A stretch of DNA of 64,000 nucleotides from Nemertoderma westbladi (taxonomy: Eukaryota > Animalia > Xenacoelomorpha). Below, piece after piece: positions 36,212 through 50,444 of this stretch (positions are counted from its first letter, which is position 1; the number at the start of each line of letters is the position of its first letter). Under the pieces are notes generated by a model that ran no database searches, was not told the origin of the DNA, and was given only the letters and a program-made list of their open reading frames with translations. Position numbers and translations under genes: made by a program. The stretch spans positions 124,001 to 188,000 of the forward strand of contig JAUCBJ010000648.1 of NCBI GenBank assembly GCA_032718475.1. Reading direction: 5' to 3'.

Positions 36212-38944
36212 ATTGTTCGTACACATACCTAGACATGATTGTTCGTACACATACATAGACAGGATTGTTCGTACACATACATAGACAGGATTGTTTGTAC
36301 ACATACCTAGACATGATTGTTCGTACACATACATTAGACAGGATTGTTCGTACACATACATAGACAGGATTGTTCGTACACATACCTAGACAGGATTGTT
36401 CGTACACATACATAGACAGGATTGTTCGTACACATACCTAGACAGGATTGTTCGTACACAGACCTAGACAGGATTGTTCGTACACATACCTAGACATGAT
36501 TGTTCGTACACATACCTAGAAATGATTGTTCGTACACATACATAGACAGGATTGTTCGTACACATACCTAGACAGGATTGTTCGTACACATACCTAGACA
36601 GGATTGTTTGTACACATACCTAGACAGGATTGTTCGTGCACATACCTAGACATGATTGTTCGTACACATACCTAGACATGATTGTTCGTACACATACCTA
36701 TACATGATTGTTCGTTCACATACCTAGACATGATTGTTCGTACACATACCTAGACATGATTGTTCGTACACATATATAGACAGGATTGTTCGTACATATA
36801 CCTAGACAGGATTGTTTGTACACATACCTAGACAGGATTGTTCGTGCACATACCTAGACATGATTGTTCGTACACATACCTAGACATGATTGTTCGTACA
36901 CATACCTAGACAGGATTGTTTGTACACATACATAGACAGGATTGTTCGTACACATACCTAGACAGGATTGTTCGTGCACATACCTAGACATGATTGTTCG
37001 TACACATACCTAGACATGATTGTTCGTACACATACCTAGACATGATTGTTCGTTCACATACCTAGACATGATTGTTCGTACACATACCTAGACATGATTG
37101 TTCGTACACGGTGACACAGAACCATTTGAAGTGTTATGGGGCGTCCTCCAAGGAGACACACTTGCACCATTCTTGTTCATTATTGTGGTTGACTATGTTC
37201 TACGCATGTCCTTAGATCATCATAATGATGATGGGGTGATGATAACTCCACCTACTGGCTCCAGAAGTCGAGGAAATCCTGCCAAGTACCTAACTGATCT
37301 AGACTTTGCTGATGACTTAGGAGTACTCTCAGAATCATTAGAGGGAGCCCAACGGCTCCTCAGCTCATTAGAACATGCTGCTTCTAGTGTTGGTCTTTTT
37401 ATTAACTCCAGAAAGACCAAAATTCTGACTGTTAACTTGGAAAGTCCTCAGCAAGTCTCTGATCGGATGAGCATAAGCTCAAAGGATGGTATGCTTGAGC
37501 ATGTGGACGACTTCTGTTACCTGGGATCATGGATCCGGAAGTCAGGTGAGGACCTTCGAATACGTAAGGGAAAGGCATGGACAGCCTTGAATAGGCTTTC
37601 CAGGATTTGGAAATCACCGAGAATTAATCGGAAACTTAAGGTCCGATTATTTAGAGCAGCAGTAGTTCCAGTACTCCTCTACGGGAGTCCATGCTGGGCT
37701 CTAACTGCTGAGGACACCAAATCTCTGGATGGCACATTCACAAGAATGCTACGCCGGGTTCATTGTGTCAAGTACAATGCACACATCTCCAACCAGACAC
37801 TATATAACATTGGAGGTGTCTCATTGGTTCCCCCAAGCTTGACACTAGAACAAAATCGCCTCCGCTTTGCAGGACATTGCTTTCGCCGTGAGGACCAGCC
37901 AGTGCATAATCTTGTACTTTGGCAGCCTCATGGAGTGAATAAGCATGGTGGACAGCCCATGACTTTCTTGAGACGCATCTTAAATGACACTGGCCTTAAA
38001 GATGCGGATGATCTAGCAAATGTCATGGGTGATAGGGAGTTGTGGCGGTGCAATTTTGTTGACAAGCCGGCACAGCATTCTTAAAAATGCAGCTGCAATG
38101 CAGCATGCCGATCCTAGTAGTAGTAGTAGTAGTAGTAGTTCGTACACATATATAGACAGGATTGTTCGTACACATACCTAGACAGGATTGTTTGTACACA
38201 TACCTAGACAGGATTGTTCGGGCACATACCTAGACATGATTGTTCGTACACATACCTAGACATGATTGTTCGTACACATACCTAGACAGGATTGTTTGTA
38301 CACATACCTAGACAGGATTGTTCGTGCACATACCTAGACATGATTGTTCGTACACATACCTAGACAGGATTGTTCGTACACATACATAGACAGGATTGTT
38401 CGTACACATACCTAGACAGGATTGTTCGTACACATACCTAGACAGGATTGTTCGTACACATACCTAGTCAGGATTGTTCGTACACATACATAGACAGGAT
38501 TGTTCGTACACATACCTAGACATGATTGTTCGTACACATACCTAGACATGATTGTTCGTACACATACCTAGACATGATTGTTCGTACACATACCTAGACA
38601 TGATTGTTCGTACACATACCTAGACATGATTGTTCGTACACATATATAGACAGGATTGTTCGTACACATACCTAGACACGATTGTTCGTACACATACCTA
38701 GACAGGATTGTTTGTACACATACCTAGACATGATTGTTCCTACACATACATAGACATGATTGTTCGTACACATACATAGACAGGATTGTTCGTACACATA
38801 CCTAGACAGGATTGTTCGTACACATACATAGACAGGATTGTTCAAAAAACATACATAGACATGATTGTTCGTACACATACCTAGATATGATTGTTCGTAC
38901 ACATACCTAGACATGATTGTTCGTACACATACCTAGACAGGATT
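36212..38944. repeat. 26-bp minisatellite (ATTGTTCGTACACATACCTAGACA[G/T]G), interrupted by a LINE
   Basis: 26-nt period on both sides of 37110-38138. Confidence 0.97.
37110..38138 (+). mobile_element. 5'-truncated RTE-like LINE (RT C-half) with a (TAG)n tail, inserted in the minisatellite
   Basis: GVLQGDTLAPFLF, DLDFADD and DFCYLGS, open to the stop at 38084. TTCGTACAC flanks both sides. Confidence 0.93.
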
Positions 38945-39018
38945 ATATCAGATCAGTATAAGATATATATTATCCTATATAAATGAATCATCCTAAGCAG
39001 ATACAATAAGTATAATAT

Positions 39019-39620
39019 GGTTACTTCCCCAATGCGACTTTTGCCCAATAATATTTACATTTTCCCTATGTGTCACTTCCCCAATAACTAGATCTGATAT
39101 GGTCACTTTCCCAATAGAACACTAGCCCAATAGGCCAGTTTTCGAATAGGACACTAGCCCAATACTTTGAGATTTAGCTTTATTTAATTAAGAACATTAA
39201 TGGAAAGGAGCATGTTACAGTGGAGGTGTTTTCTAACCAAAACAATAAACTATAAATTGTTTCACTTGCGGTCAATTTGCGCTGAGGATCACTATTTTCA
39301 CTTGCGCTCTGCGTTCAATATGCGCCACTATCTGATTATATGATGTATTAGGCCTAGAAACAGGCAGAATACCTAGTCAATGGAAATTATTGTCTCAAAA
39401 ACTTATTGGGCAAGTGACTTATTGTGTACGTCGAGCATTGGGCAAGTGGAAGTGACCTATTGGTAAAAGTGACCTAGTTTCGGTTAAAAATGAAATATAT
39501 TGGGCAAGTGACCTATTAGTAAAGTGACCTACTTTAGGTTAAAAATCAAATATATTGAGCAAGTGACCTAAAATATTTTTTTAATGGGCAAGTGACTTAT
39601 TGGGGAAGTGACTGCATCCC
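39019..39620. mobile_element. MITE-like element with reiterated subterminal inverted motifs
   Basis: CACTTCCCCAAT/GCCCAAT motifs on the left and ATTGGGCAAGTGAC/ATTGGGGAAGTGAC motifs on the right. Confidence 0.7.
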
Positions 39621-39977
39621 TATAATATTACGCTATAATGTTTAATGTCAAAATTGATAAAATAGAAAAATTGCCCACTACTGGGGTGTATATAACGTTA
39701 CCCAGTTGATGAGCCACGTTATCCTACAACAAGTACCATACAACCTTTACATCTATTGTACTGTATGTGGCACCAGTGCCGGTATTTGTAGGTCCCGAGT
39801 GGTAGAGATATTCTACGACATATTTTCCGGCCAACAACGGAGACTAGGAAGCTGAATGATTGGGTGTTTCAAATGTTTACTTTTATTTAATTTCAACGTT
39901 ACATTTCAACGGCAAACATTACAGTAATTATTGTTATCCTTTGGGACATAGGATAATCTGACACTAGGGCACGTATT

Positions 39978-40826
39978 GTGGGGCGAGCCACGAAGTTGGC
40001 GGAGCCTTAGCGAATTGACACTGTTAGGGGGTGGGTCAATTTATGCAAATAGTTGTCGTCGTCGTCGTTGTCGTCGTCGTCGTCGTTGTCGTCGTCGTCG
40101 TCGTTGTCGTCGTCGTCGTCGTTACGATTTTGACATGCTAATAACTTTGTCGGATTTAAAGCTGCCAAGTTGAAAATTTGTAGGTATCAATATGAGCTAA
40201 AGTTGAGATTTTTGAGAGACTTTGAGACACCATCAGTGCAATGGTCTCCCGCTAGAGGGCCACATGTCTAAACATTAAATGCCCTCCCATTTCTTTGCTT
40301 TTAATCTGTTTAAGCTGAAACTTGGCAGATATGTATTAGACCATTAGCTGTGACTTTCAAAGGAGGCGAATCCATCTGCAGTTCTCCAGTCTGCCGCTAG
40401 AGGGCCAAATGTCTGAAAGTGAAATCGTTGTCGTCGTTATGATATTGACATGCTTATAACTTTGTCGAATTTAAAGCTGCCAAGTTGAAAATTTGTAGGC
40501 ATCAATATGATCAAAAGTTGAGACGTTTGAGAGACTTTCAGACACCATCAGAGCAATAGTCTCCTGCTAGAGGGCCACATGTCTAAACGTTAAATGTCCT
40601 CCCATTTCTTTGCTTTTAATCCATTTATGCTGAAATTTGGCAGATATGTAATAGACCATAGGCTGTGGCTTTGTAGGGAAACTAATCCTTCCTTCTTCAG
40701 TTACCCAGTCTCCCGCTAGAGGGTTAACGTTTTCCGGGAAAATCTTCTCCTATGTTTTTATAATCCTTTCGAGTTGATACTTAGCATTAACTCATTTCAC
40801 GTGCTGCGCGAAGGCCCCACTTCGTG
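39978..40826 (+). mobile_element. Helentron-associated (HINE/DINE-1/pearl-like) non-autonomous element, copy 1
   Basis: 5' GTGGGGCGAGCCACGAAG, (GTC)n microsatellite, 315-bp internal repeats, 3' GCCCCACTTCGTG inverted motif. Paralog at 52966. Confidence 0.7.
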
Positions 40827-41431
40827 TACTATTATGTACGTTACCTACAAACTAAGTATTCTTAGGAAATCAATAATATTATAATAATTTATTATTATAA
40901 CAAGTCAATATTTTGTACAAAACGTACATTTTGTACATTAATATATTCCATAACTTTAGTGGAGCGGACTGTGAATACTGGCGGTAAGATAATTTCTAAA
41001 GCAAAATTAATTTATATTAATAATGAGTCTCCAAGTAAGTAAACGTTTCCTATTCAATATAATATTATTTATTGTGTTAAAATTGTGTGAAAGATGACGG
41101 CATGAAAGTTAATTTCAAAATGCGTGTTGTTATTCATCTACCGTAAGTCTAGCTAGGCCTACTCTACTGCAGTACAGTAATTGCGATTGGAACAAACAAC
41201 AGACAGACTATAATTAAATTTCATAGGAACAAAATTCACTAAAATAGGAACAAAGTTCGCAAAAATAGGAACAAAGTTCGCTGTGAATTGGAACAAAATT
41301 CGCATTTTCACATTTTAGGAACAAAGTTCGCGCTCCGCTATAATCTACCTTTTATAGAGGTAGTTGGTAGTTGTTGAGGAAAGATAGACCCTCAAATAAA
41401 TGTAATCCTTGTTGATCTGGTGATTTATCTA

Positions 41432-41505
41432 CGTTAGCTCACTCGGTAAAGCGCCTGACTTAAGGTGTGAAAGTACTGGGTTCGATCCCAGATCAAGTCT
41501 TTTTG
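41432..41505 (+). mobile_element. tRNA-derived SINE head or tRNA pseudogene
   Basis: A box TAGCTCACTCGG, B box GGTTCGATCCC in a T-arm stem, then a T-run. Acceptor and anticodon stems are not intact. Confidence 0.65.
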
Positions 41506-42317
41506 CCTTTCTGTTTCATCTTAAATTTATAATATTTAATATTAAAGTTTAGGCAGTATCGTTTACTGTTCTAGGAATAAAATGTTACTCATGGAGTCAA
41601 TGTATCCTGTAAACTCACCCGCCATTAATTGGTTTGGGAGTGAACCCTGTCTTCTTCAATATTTTAACTGTTACATCATGACCTTTATGGTGAGCTTTAA
41701 CATGATCCACAATGTTTTCCTCACAGTTAAGGTCAATATCCGAACTATTTGAAGTAGACGATCCCATTGATAAATCCATTCAGAGTAAATCCTGAAATGT
41801 GAATTAAATAATGATTTTATCAGACAATGATTTATTACGTAGTGTTAATGAGTGGATTATTACATGAATGAACGCGAAACTGTATATATACAGATACAAA
41901 AAATACGTATTTAGTATGTAATGTAGGAATAAGTTGTATTCCAAAACTGTAATACAACGGAAATACTGCTTATGAAAATCCCCGTACGAAACTTTTGATA
42001 ACAACGAATAACTTTTGGTTCGATTTCTCAAATTATATAATTTGCTTCGCACAAAAATTACGGGATGTTTTAAGATTCATTACCTATATAATTATTTCAA
42101 TTCTCTCCAAAGTTCGAATACCAGAATAAATAGCGATTGAGAAAAGGGATGTTAAAATGCCTTAAGAGGAAGAAGGAAATTTTGCGCAAAATGTATTAAT
42201 GGAAATTGAATAGATGTATATTCTTTCTGACCTTAATAAATTGAAAAAATTTACACTGAACCGTCGCCCAATAAATGATAAATCTCGGTTAAGGTTACAT
42301 AACCCCGCTTTTATGCC

Positions 42318-42536
42318 GGGTTCATCACTCAAATTCAAAACCATATTAATTAGATGCAATAATATCACAGAAACACAATGGCGTTTACAGAATTCAATAA
42401 GATGTTACAATAGCCGAGATATTGGTGTTTTCAGCTTAAAAGTTATTCAAAATTTGAAAACGATCTGTGATTGGTCGTTACGTCACTGTACGCCTCGGAA
42501 TCCCATTGATATCAACATTCAGATACCTAATACTAT
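42318..42536. repeat. About 220-bp interspersed repeat with an inverted copy at 54829-55046
   Basis: GGTTCATCACTCAAATTCAAAACC...CAGATACCTAATACTA matches the reverse complement of 54829-55046. Confidence 0.85.
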
Positions 42537-42563
42537 ATTGGTGTAAATTAGGCAGTTTGTTAG

Positions 42564-43758
42564 GGGTGTTTGAAAAAGGTGGACTGGACACAGAAAACAT
42601 GGACAACGGACAGACCAATCACGGGCGATTTGCGTCACACAGCTTGTCCACCTTTTTCAGCTTTGTTGTCCACCTTTTTCAAATTTGAATAAGGTGGACT
42701 GGGTTGAGAAAGAACAGGCAATGAATTGACCAATCAGATTGATTTGCACATTAGAGCAGCTCTGTCCACGTTTTTCAAAAAATTTCGGAAGGTTTTTATG
42801 TATTCTGGGATTATTATTGTTATTATTATCCCATACTTACTGTGACCAACCGAAGTTGTCGAAATAGGCCTAGTTAAATAATATGGGGCGAGCCACGAAG
42901 TCTGAGTGCTGAGCTTTACAGCCTTAGCATCAATATTGGAACGTCAATATTCTAACTCATTCATTACAGTATAAAGTTAATCATACTGTAATAACTACCT
43001 ATTGTACTGTGAGGGAAATATAATATGCTTTATTTACCGTTCATCCCGAGATCTGTTATTAAACGACCGAGCGCACCGAGGGAGGTAAATAAGTCTCCAT
43101 ATTTTGGGAGTGGAGGTCCGAAACCCTAATTCAAAGTGGAAATGGAGGCCCAAAGCCTTAATTATAAAACAGTCATGTAACCCCAACCTTAAATATTTTG
43201 GATCCTAAATTCCACAAAATTTCTTAGATTAGAACATCGGGACTTTAGAGCTACTAATGACAGTTTTAATTAGGGTTTGGACCTGACCAACAAACCCAAC
43301 CACAAAAATAAACCAATAAATACAAGTTAAAGTGCTGTACGGTACGCTAGACCTACTATTAATATACTGTAAGTCTATAGGAGGGCAATCCGCAGGGGGG
43401 GGGGGGGGGGGGGGTAGATACGCCTAGGACACCGGCAGCATTCTTAATGCAACTGCTTCCAGCATGCCCATTATAGATAGATAATTGAAACCTGAAAAAG
43501 GTGGACAGTCCAATCACTAATAAATAGCATTGCTTTAATACGTTTCTGATTGGTCAGACTATTATATATGTTTTTTGTGCATGTGTCCTGTCCACCTTTT
43601 TCAAACACACATCTTATTCCCAATTATGTAACTAAGAAAGCGGAAACTTGAAAAAGGTGGACAGACCAATTGCTACAAACTGCTTTGCTTAATACGTTTC
43701 TGATTGGTCTGTCCGTTGTCCATGTTTTCTGTGTCCAGTCCACCTTTTTCAAACACCC
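42564..43758. mobile_element. MULE/Mutator-like MITE with 58-bp perfect TIRs and a 9-bp TSD
   Basis: GGGTGTTTGAAAAAGGTGGACTGG... at both ends. TSD GTTTGTTAG at 42555-42563 and 43759-43767. Confidence 0.9.
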
Positions 43759-45351
43759 GTTTGTTAGGCAGGTACTGCTACATTAGTACAGTACACAAGT
43801 ACAGCAGTCACCGGTACAAGCACTGCTGCACTGTATACTTGCTTATTTATACGGCGAACGGAGAGTACCCGGGACAACGGCAAGGATGAGCGAATATATA
43901 GCGGTTTTTTGGACACTGATCACGATTATAGAACTCAAATATAAGATTCGAAACATTCTTGGTAATTTTGAATGTGTCCACTTGGGCACGAAAAAAACAA
44001 GTATTACAAATAGGATAACGAAAAAATCACCACAAAATCAAATTAATTTTATGACCATATAGGTTTTTTGGCATGCTAATCACGAATATGACACTGAAAT
44101 ATATCGTACATTGTTGATTAGGTCATTTTTGGATATGTGTCAATGTGCGGCACGAAAAAAATACAAGTAACACAAATTGGATAATCAAAAATCATTACCA
44201 AATCAACCTGATTTCTAGACCTTACGGGTTTTTTGGACTCTGATCACGAATATGACATTCAAAAATATCGTATTATCCAAAAAATTCGATTTTTGTCGTT
44301 TGAAATATTTTGCTATTTGTATTTTTCGTCCCTCCTGACAAGCACCAAAAATGATAGTTGCGTTACCACGAATGATTTTTAACGAGTTGTATCGCGATCA
44401 AAATCAGTCCTTCGAAATCAGAATAGCTTCAGAATTACCAAAGCAAAGGCAGAATTTAACCGTTTATAATTTTGTGCTACCGTTACTTGTAATTTTCATT
44501 CTGGGGCACCAGAACGGCACCAAAATTGGGTTTGCATTTACCAGAAATATTTACAAATAGTTTCATCGTGATCACCGACCTCGAAAACTCTTCGTTCTGA
44601 ATTATCAAACCAAATACAAATTTTTTAAGTTTGACATTTTTTTACTTGTAGGCCTAGTACTTTTCGTCCTGGGGGACCAAAATAGCACCAAAACTTATGG
44701 TTGCATTGCCAGAAAATAATTTAACAAGTTTAATCGTGATCAGCGACCTCGAAAACACTTATACCATCAAAATTGTAATTTTTGAGCCAAGATCTAAATA
44801 ATTTCTATTTCGTTGTAAAATAGCCCGGGTTAGATAGGGTTAATTTGACATTTTTTTAATATCATAATTTAATTTGCCACCACAAAACAATAGACGAAAG
44901 TCTATGCTTACGCTACGGTTACAGTTATATTTGATTGCGCCGAAGTTAAAAGAAAGAAGAAGTTAATAAGTTAATAATAACATACGACAGTTTACAGTAG
45001 ATCAAAACGGCAGTGACGGCCGCATTAAGATTTATAAAATAAAGAATACGTAAAATCAAAATATATTTTGTTATTTTATACAACAATATCAATAGATATC
45101 AATAATCAACAAGACAACAATCAATAGACATTGAATACATAATTTCATTAACAAATATTACGAAAATATAATTTAAATTAATTTGAAAAAGGGTTAGAAT
45201 AAATAATCCATAAAAATTCAATGACTCTGAAATGTGTATTCCGTATTAATCAGTCTATCTATACCCTATACATTAATCAGATGGGATTGGAAGATGCAAA
45301 CCAAGAATGACTCATATCAACCAAAAAACTGCCTCCCATATAATGTAATAC

Positions 45352-46565
45352 TACGGAGCCCCTAAAGGGACATGGGTTTCCCCTTTTTTTTCTAAGTCCG
45401 GCCCAGGGATACTAAGTCCGGCCCGGAGATACTATCTCAGGCCCGGAGATACTAAGTCTGGCCCGGAGATACTATCTCAGGCCCGGAGATACTAAGTCTG
45501 GCCCGGAGATACTATCTCAGGCCCGGAGATACTAAGTCTGGCCCGGAGATACTATCTCAGGCCCGGAGATACTAAGTCTGGCCCGGAGATACTATCTCAG
45601 GCCCGGAGATACTATCTCAGGCCCTGAGATACTAAGTCCGGCCCGGAGATACTATCTCAGGCCCGGAGATACTATCTCAGGCCCTGAGATACTAAGTCCG
45701 GCCCGGAGATACTATCTCAGGCCTGGAGATACTAAGTCCGGCCCGGAGATACTATCTCAGGCCTGGAGATACTAAGTCCGGCCCGGAGATACTATCTCAG
45801 GCCCGGAGATACTAAGTCCGGCCCGGAGATACTATCTCAGGCCTGGAGATAAAATACAGAACAGGTTCATAGATGTTATAGCGCTGACACAGCAATCAAC
45901 AGAAACAAATTGCAGCCAATCAGCTAACTGGGTTAATTCCAGATCATTTCACATTTCAATTTGTAAGATATTTAATATGGAGACACAAGAGTATTGTTAG
46001 CACAATACAAAGTAATTACATATCTGGAGGGAGGCATGACCCCGTGCCTTTGAATAAAAGCCGACCTACCAACGGGCATTTACTTAATGATAATACCCTT
46101 CTACGGCTACAGAAATGAACTACCAATAATAAGAACATTCCATATTATTTGGAGGCAATGGCTGAATAGCCGCGTAAAGATAAACTGCAACAGAGGTGTA
46201 TGTAAACCGAAACAAATAGGCCACGGTCACTCACAAAGGCCTGAATGAGATGATATGAGTATGACAAGCAGCTTTGAAGTATTGGCTACCCCATAAACTA
46301 TAGTAACTGTATGAGATGGCAGAGTATCTCAGGGCCTGAGATAGTATCTCCGGGCCGGACTTAGTATCTCCGGGCCTTAGATAGTATCTCCGGGCCGGAC
46401 TTAGTATCTCCGGGCCTTAGATAGTATCTCCGGGCCGGACTTAGTATCTCCGGGCCTTAGATAGTATCTCCGGGCCGGACTTAGTATCTCCGGGCCTGAG
46501 ATAGTATCTCCGGGCCGGACTTAGAAAAAAAAGGGGGAAACCCATGTCCCTTTAGGGGCTCCGTA
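45352..46565. mobile_element. IS3EU-like non-autonomous DNA transposon with 20-bp subterminal tandem arrays
   Basis: TACGGAGCCCCTAAAGGGACATGGG...CCCATGTCCCTTTAGGGGCTCCGTA termini. 6-bp TSD TAATAC at 45346-45351 and 46566-46571. Confidence 0.85.
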
Positions 46566-46647
46566 TAATACACATTCGCCTAGGCAAACAAATCATTAGC
46601 ACAAATTTTTTACTGCGATGTGTGAAATGTTAACCTTATTAGGCAGG

Positions 46648-48908
46648 ATTAGTAGTCTTGTGTAGCAACTATCCATTCGTTGTTCAAGTGATTTAGTCAG
46701 TGTCCAGGTCTCACCCCCGTATAAAAATACACTTTCCACTGTGGCTCGAAAGAATTCAGTCTTCAGGTGCCTGGAGAGATCTGATTTCCAGATGGTATCC
46801 ATTTTTGATAGACCTACCCAAGTCTTTGCTTTCCTAACTTCTATGTCCTTTTTGCTACTCTCTATCCATGATCCAAGGTACTAGAAGTCGTCGACCTTCC
46901 TTAGTTGATTATTATCAATGGTTGTCAAGTTTCCATCAAAATTCGGTCTTGGTAGCATTTATATGCAATCCAACCTCCTTAGCAGCCCTATCCACTTTAT
47001 TTAGTAGCAACTGTGCATCTGCTAGCGTATTAGAGATCAGGGTGATGTCATCCGCAAAGTCGGTGTCTGTGACTAGTTGGACTACTTCCGCGTTCTAGAA
47101 ATGTGAATCCCAGATCTTCACCCTTTGTGGCCATCCTCATTGCGTGTCTGTGACTAGTTGGACTACTTCCGCGTTCTAGAAATGTGAATCCCAGATCTTC
47201 ACCCTTTGTGGCCATCCTCATTGCGTAATCCAGCACAATTACAAATAATAATGGTGCTAATGTGTCACCTTGCAGTACGCCAGCCAGGATTGAGAAAAAC
47301 TCAGTTTCACCATCTGGTGAGAGTACCTGCGCTTCTGTGTCACAATATAACAATCCAATGCCAGCAACAATTACTTCTGGTATTCCATAAGCTATTAGGA
47401 TTTCAAGCATTTTACCTCTATGGATAGAGTCGAATGCCTTCTTGAGGTCCACAAAAGTCATGACTGCGGGGAGATTCTTTAACTTAATTCCTTCAATCAG
47501 TCTCCGTAGTGCAAGTATCTGAGCTATTGTTGATCTATTTGGTAGAAATCCGTTTTGGCTCTTACGCAGTAGTTTCTCTATGTGAGGCCTAATACTATAT
47601 AGAATCATTTTATTGTATATTTTGGGAGCTACCACAAGCAGACAGATCCCACGATAGTTTGTTGGTATGCCGAGGTCTCCTGTCTTGGGGAGAGGCTTTA
47701 GTTGACCTTTAGTCCAAATTGGTGATGGCTTTTCCTCTTTTAACATCCGGTTGCAAACATTCAATAATGGTCTGTTTAGCACTCCGGTTTTCCATACCTC
47801 CGCTGGGATTTCATCGAATCCACTCGCTTTATTATTGGACATGCTTTTAATGCTTCTTTGGAGTTCGGCAGGTGTGAAGTCCCCTGTTTCTATAGGTAGT
47901 GTCTTGTCATATATTTTCATTGTAGGGCTGACCTCGATGTTTGGTGGCTGCCCAAGCAAGTGGCTGAAGTGATTTTTCCACTTCCCAACACGTTCTTCAG
48001 GACTATCGGCTTTGAGGCGCCCCTTTGCACAACTTTTCCGACCAGATACCTCATTTACAGTTTGCCAGGTAAGTCTTGATTGTTGCTGTATGTGAGCAGT
48101 TGTAATTGCTTCAGTTTTATCCTGTATGTACTTTTCCTGACTGATGTTGTTAGCCAATTTAAGATCGTCCTTAGCTTTCTCAACCTTGTTAATGTTTTCG
48201 GTTGTTAGTTGTTCGGTTTTAACTTTGTAGGCTATCTTAAGATCTTCTCTCTTACAAGTAACCTCAGAGTTTTGCCATGGCACATACTGTTTTCGCTTGG
48301 GTTTCTGGGGGATATGCCTCTTAGCTGATTCCTTGTGGGCTGTTATTATATTCTGGTATATTGAATCGGTGGATTGGTCTTCATCCATTGACTGAAGTGC
48401 TTCAAAGCGGTTTTGAACTTCTACTGTATAAGCATCCTTTACAGCATTGTCAGTTCTGAGTTTCTCCCAGTCATAGTTGATTTGCTTGCTTGTCCTGGGT
48501 TTGCTGGCTCTCAAACTGAGTCTGATCTCTGCAGTCACAATTCTGTGGTCCGAACCAATTAGGTTGAACGAGCTGTATGCCTCGCAGTTGATCATGCTGT
48601 TTCTCCACTTTTTGTTTATAAGGATGTAATCCAGTTGTGCTTTGGTTCCATTAGGGTATTGAAAGGTCCATAGCTTTCCCTTACTCTTTTCGAATATGTT
48701 GTTTGTTGGTATCAATTCACATTCTTCCATTAGGTCTAAAAGTAAGTACCCATTTCTGTTAGAACTTGTGTTATAGGTGTAACCCTTGATGTTTTCTGGG
48801 CCAATTTTCGCCTTCAGGTCACCAGCAATGACTTTAACATTGTGTTTAGGAATGTCCTTAATAAGTCCAGCCAGTTCTTCATAAAACTTGACTGCTTGTT
48901 CTGGCTCA
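46648..48908 (-). mobile_element. RTE-like LINE ORF2 pseudogene (APE endonuclease C-half plus RT), truncated at both ends
   Basis: QLDYIL, GSDHRIV, NYRGICL, SQNGF, FVDLKKAFDSI, GVLQGDTLAP. DFADD falls in a shifted frame. 81-bp internal duplication at 47063/47144. Confidence 0.93.
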
Positions 48909-49322
48909 TTTAAAAAATGTTCCAGAATATGGTTTATTTATTTAATAGAATAAAATAGCCTCGCGTCGTTGCAAAACCATGCAACATTTGAATGCTCATA
49001 TCTCAGCTATTTTTCAACGAAATTCAAATTGTGTTATTTGAAATCCTTGCAGGGCCAGCTTTACATTGGTACCAACAAACCGCTATAAGGTAGAAGAATA
49101 ACTGCGGTGTAACTAGTGTGATATCGCTGGAGACACTTTTTTTAAACGCTTGTAGCTAAAGATTGAAAGCAAAAATAAAAATTCTGGCTCACCCAGTCAG
49201 TGGTCGGGAGGTGAAACTATCTATGTTTAAAATTTCATGCAATCTCATTACGATTTATAGAAAAATTAGGGGGGGGGGGGGGGTGTCACTGAATTACGAC
49301 GCTATATTCTGGGACATGATGT
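48909..49322. mobile_element. Right arm of the long-TIR element family seen at 32885-33512
   Basis: Sequence match as described for 32885-33512. It abuts the truncated LINE. Confidence 0.75.
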
Positions 49323-49966
49323 AATGTACATATACAAGCCTCCTATGAAAGTTTGTGAAATCTTCATTAAGTCTACCCAACAGCCGTTGGTATCCCGCTG
49401 GCACCCTGGTTCAGTTTTCTGGTTTTGTTAGTTTAATCGACAGCTGTTGTAACTTGTAAACGTCCTAGATATGCAAAACCTACTAAGCATTTACATTACA
49501 ATTGACCTTAGCGTGAGTTGATGACAGTATTATAACGATGACAATTAGGCCCTATAGATACATACGATATATAAATGATGTACTGCTTGACATTACACTA
49601 ACTGACTGAATAGAGATAGAACTATAATAATATAATAATAATGTAGTACGTAACTCAAATTAACAATAAGTAGTGAAATGTTGTTCAGCTGTAAAAGTGT
49701 AGTTGTGGGTATTTAATTTCGCGTTACATAATGTTAATAATATGCTAATATTTCGAATATAGCACATCGAATCGTTCCCAACTTTTTTATTCAACAACTA
49801 GATACTAATTGATAAATAATACCGTACGCGTACCTGCTTGAGTTTTTGAGATATTGGATGGTTATACATACACACATACACATATATATACATAACCACA
49901 TCGTGGTTTTGAACGGCTCAACTCTTGACTAGAACTATCCTGGCCTATTAATAGGCAGGTTCGTTA

Positions 49967-50444
49967 CTAGAAAGCCAGCAAGCTGGTTTAAACGTTCCTG
50001 CCCCTCAAACCAGTACCCTGCGAAAATGAAAACACGAAAATTGCCATCAACTCAACGATAGAAACACCAGCTGCTGGTACTCATGAGGGCCTAGTAAGCT
50101 ACAACTCTTGATTGAATGGATAGGCCCAAACTGCACAGAAGTATAGTACTAGCTAAATTTATTACTATCTCACTCGATCCCAGACAGTAATCAAACATCA
50201 ACTGTAAGTTTGTATAATGTATTTCCCCGCCAGCTGAATAGCTCTTCCCAGTGAATCCTATGGGAATATCTATAAGGTTATACTACTCAGTTCTATGTTA
50301 GGTGGGAGGCCACCTGATTGAATTGTAAGCACTGGGCCTTTCAAATGTTTTCTAGGTTGATAATAATGAATGAGGAGGGAACCACCTAACACTACGTTTG
50401 TCTATGAACAGTCTCCTTACAGCCAGCTGGCTGGCTTTTCTAGT
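49967..50444. mobile_element. Short element with inverted hairpin-CTAG termini
   Basis: ACTAGAAAGCCAGCAAGCTGG on the left and CCAGCTGGCTGGCTTTTCTAGT on the right. Confidence 0.55.

Noticed and set aside
41432-41505. Functional tRNA gene
   Set aside because: A and B boxes are present but the cloverleaf cannot be completed; treated as a SINE head.
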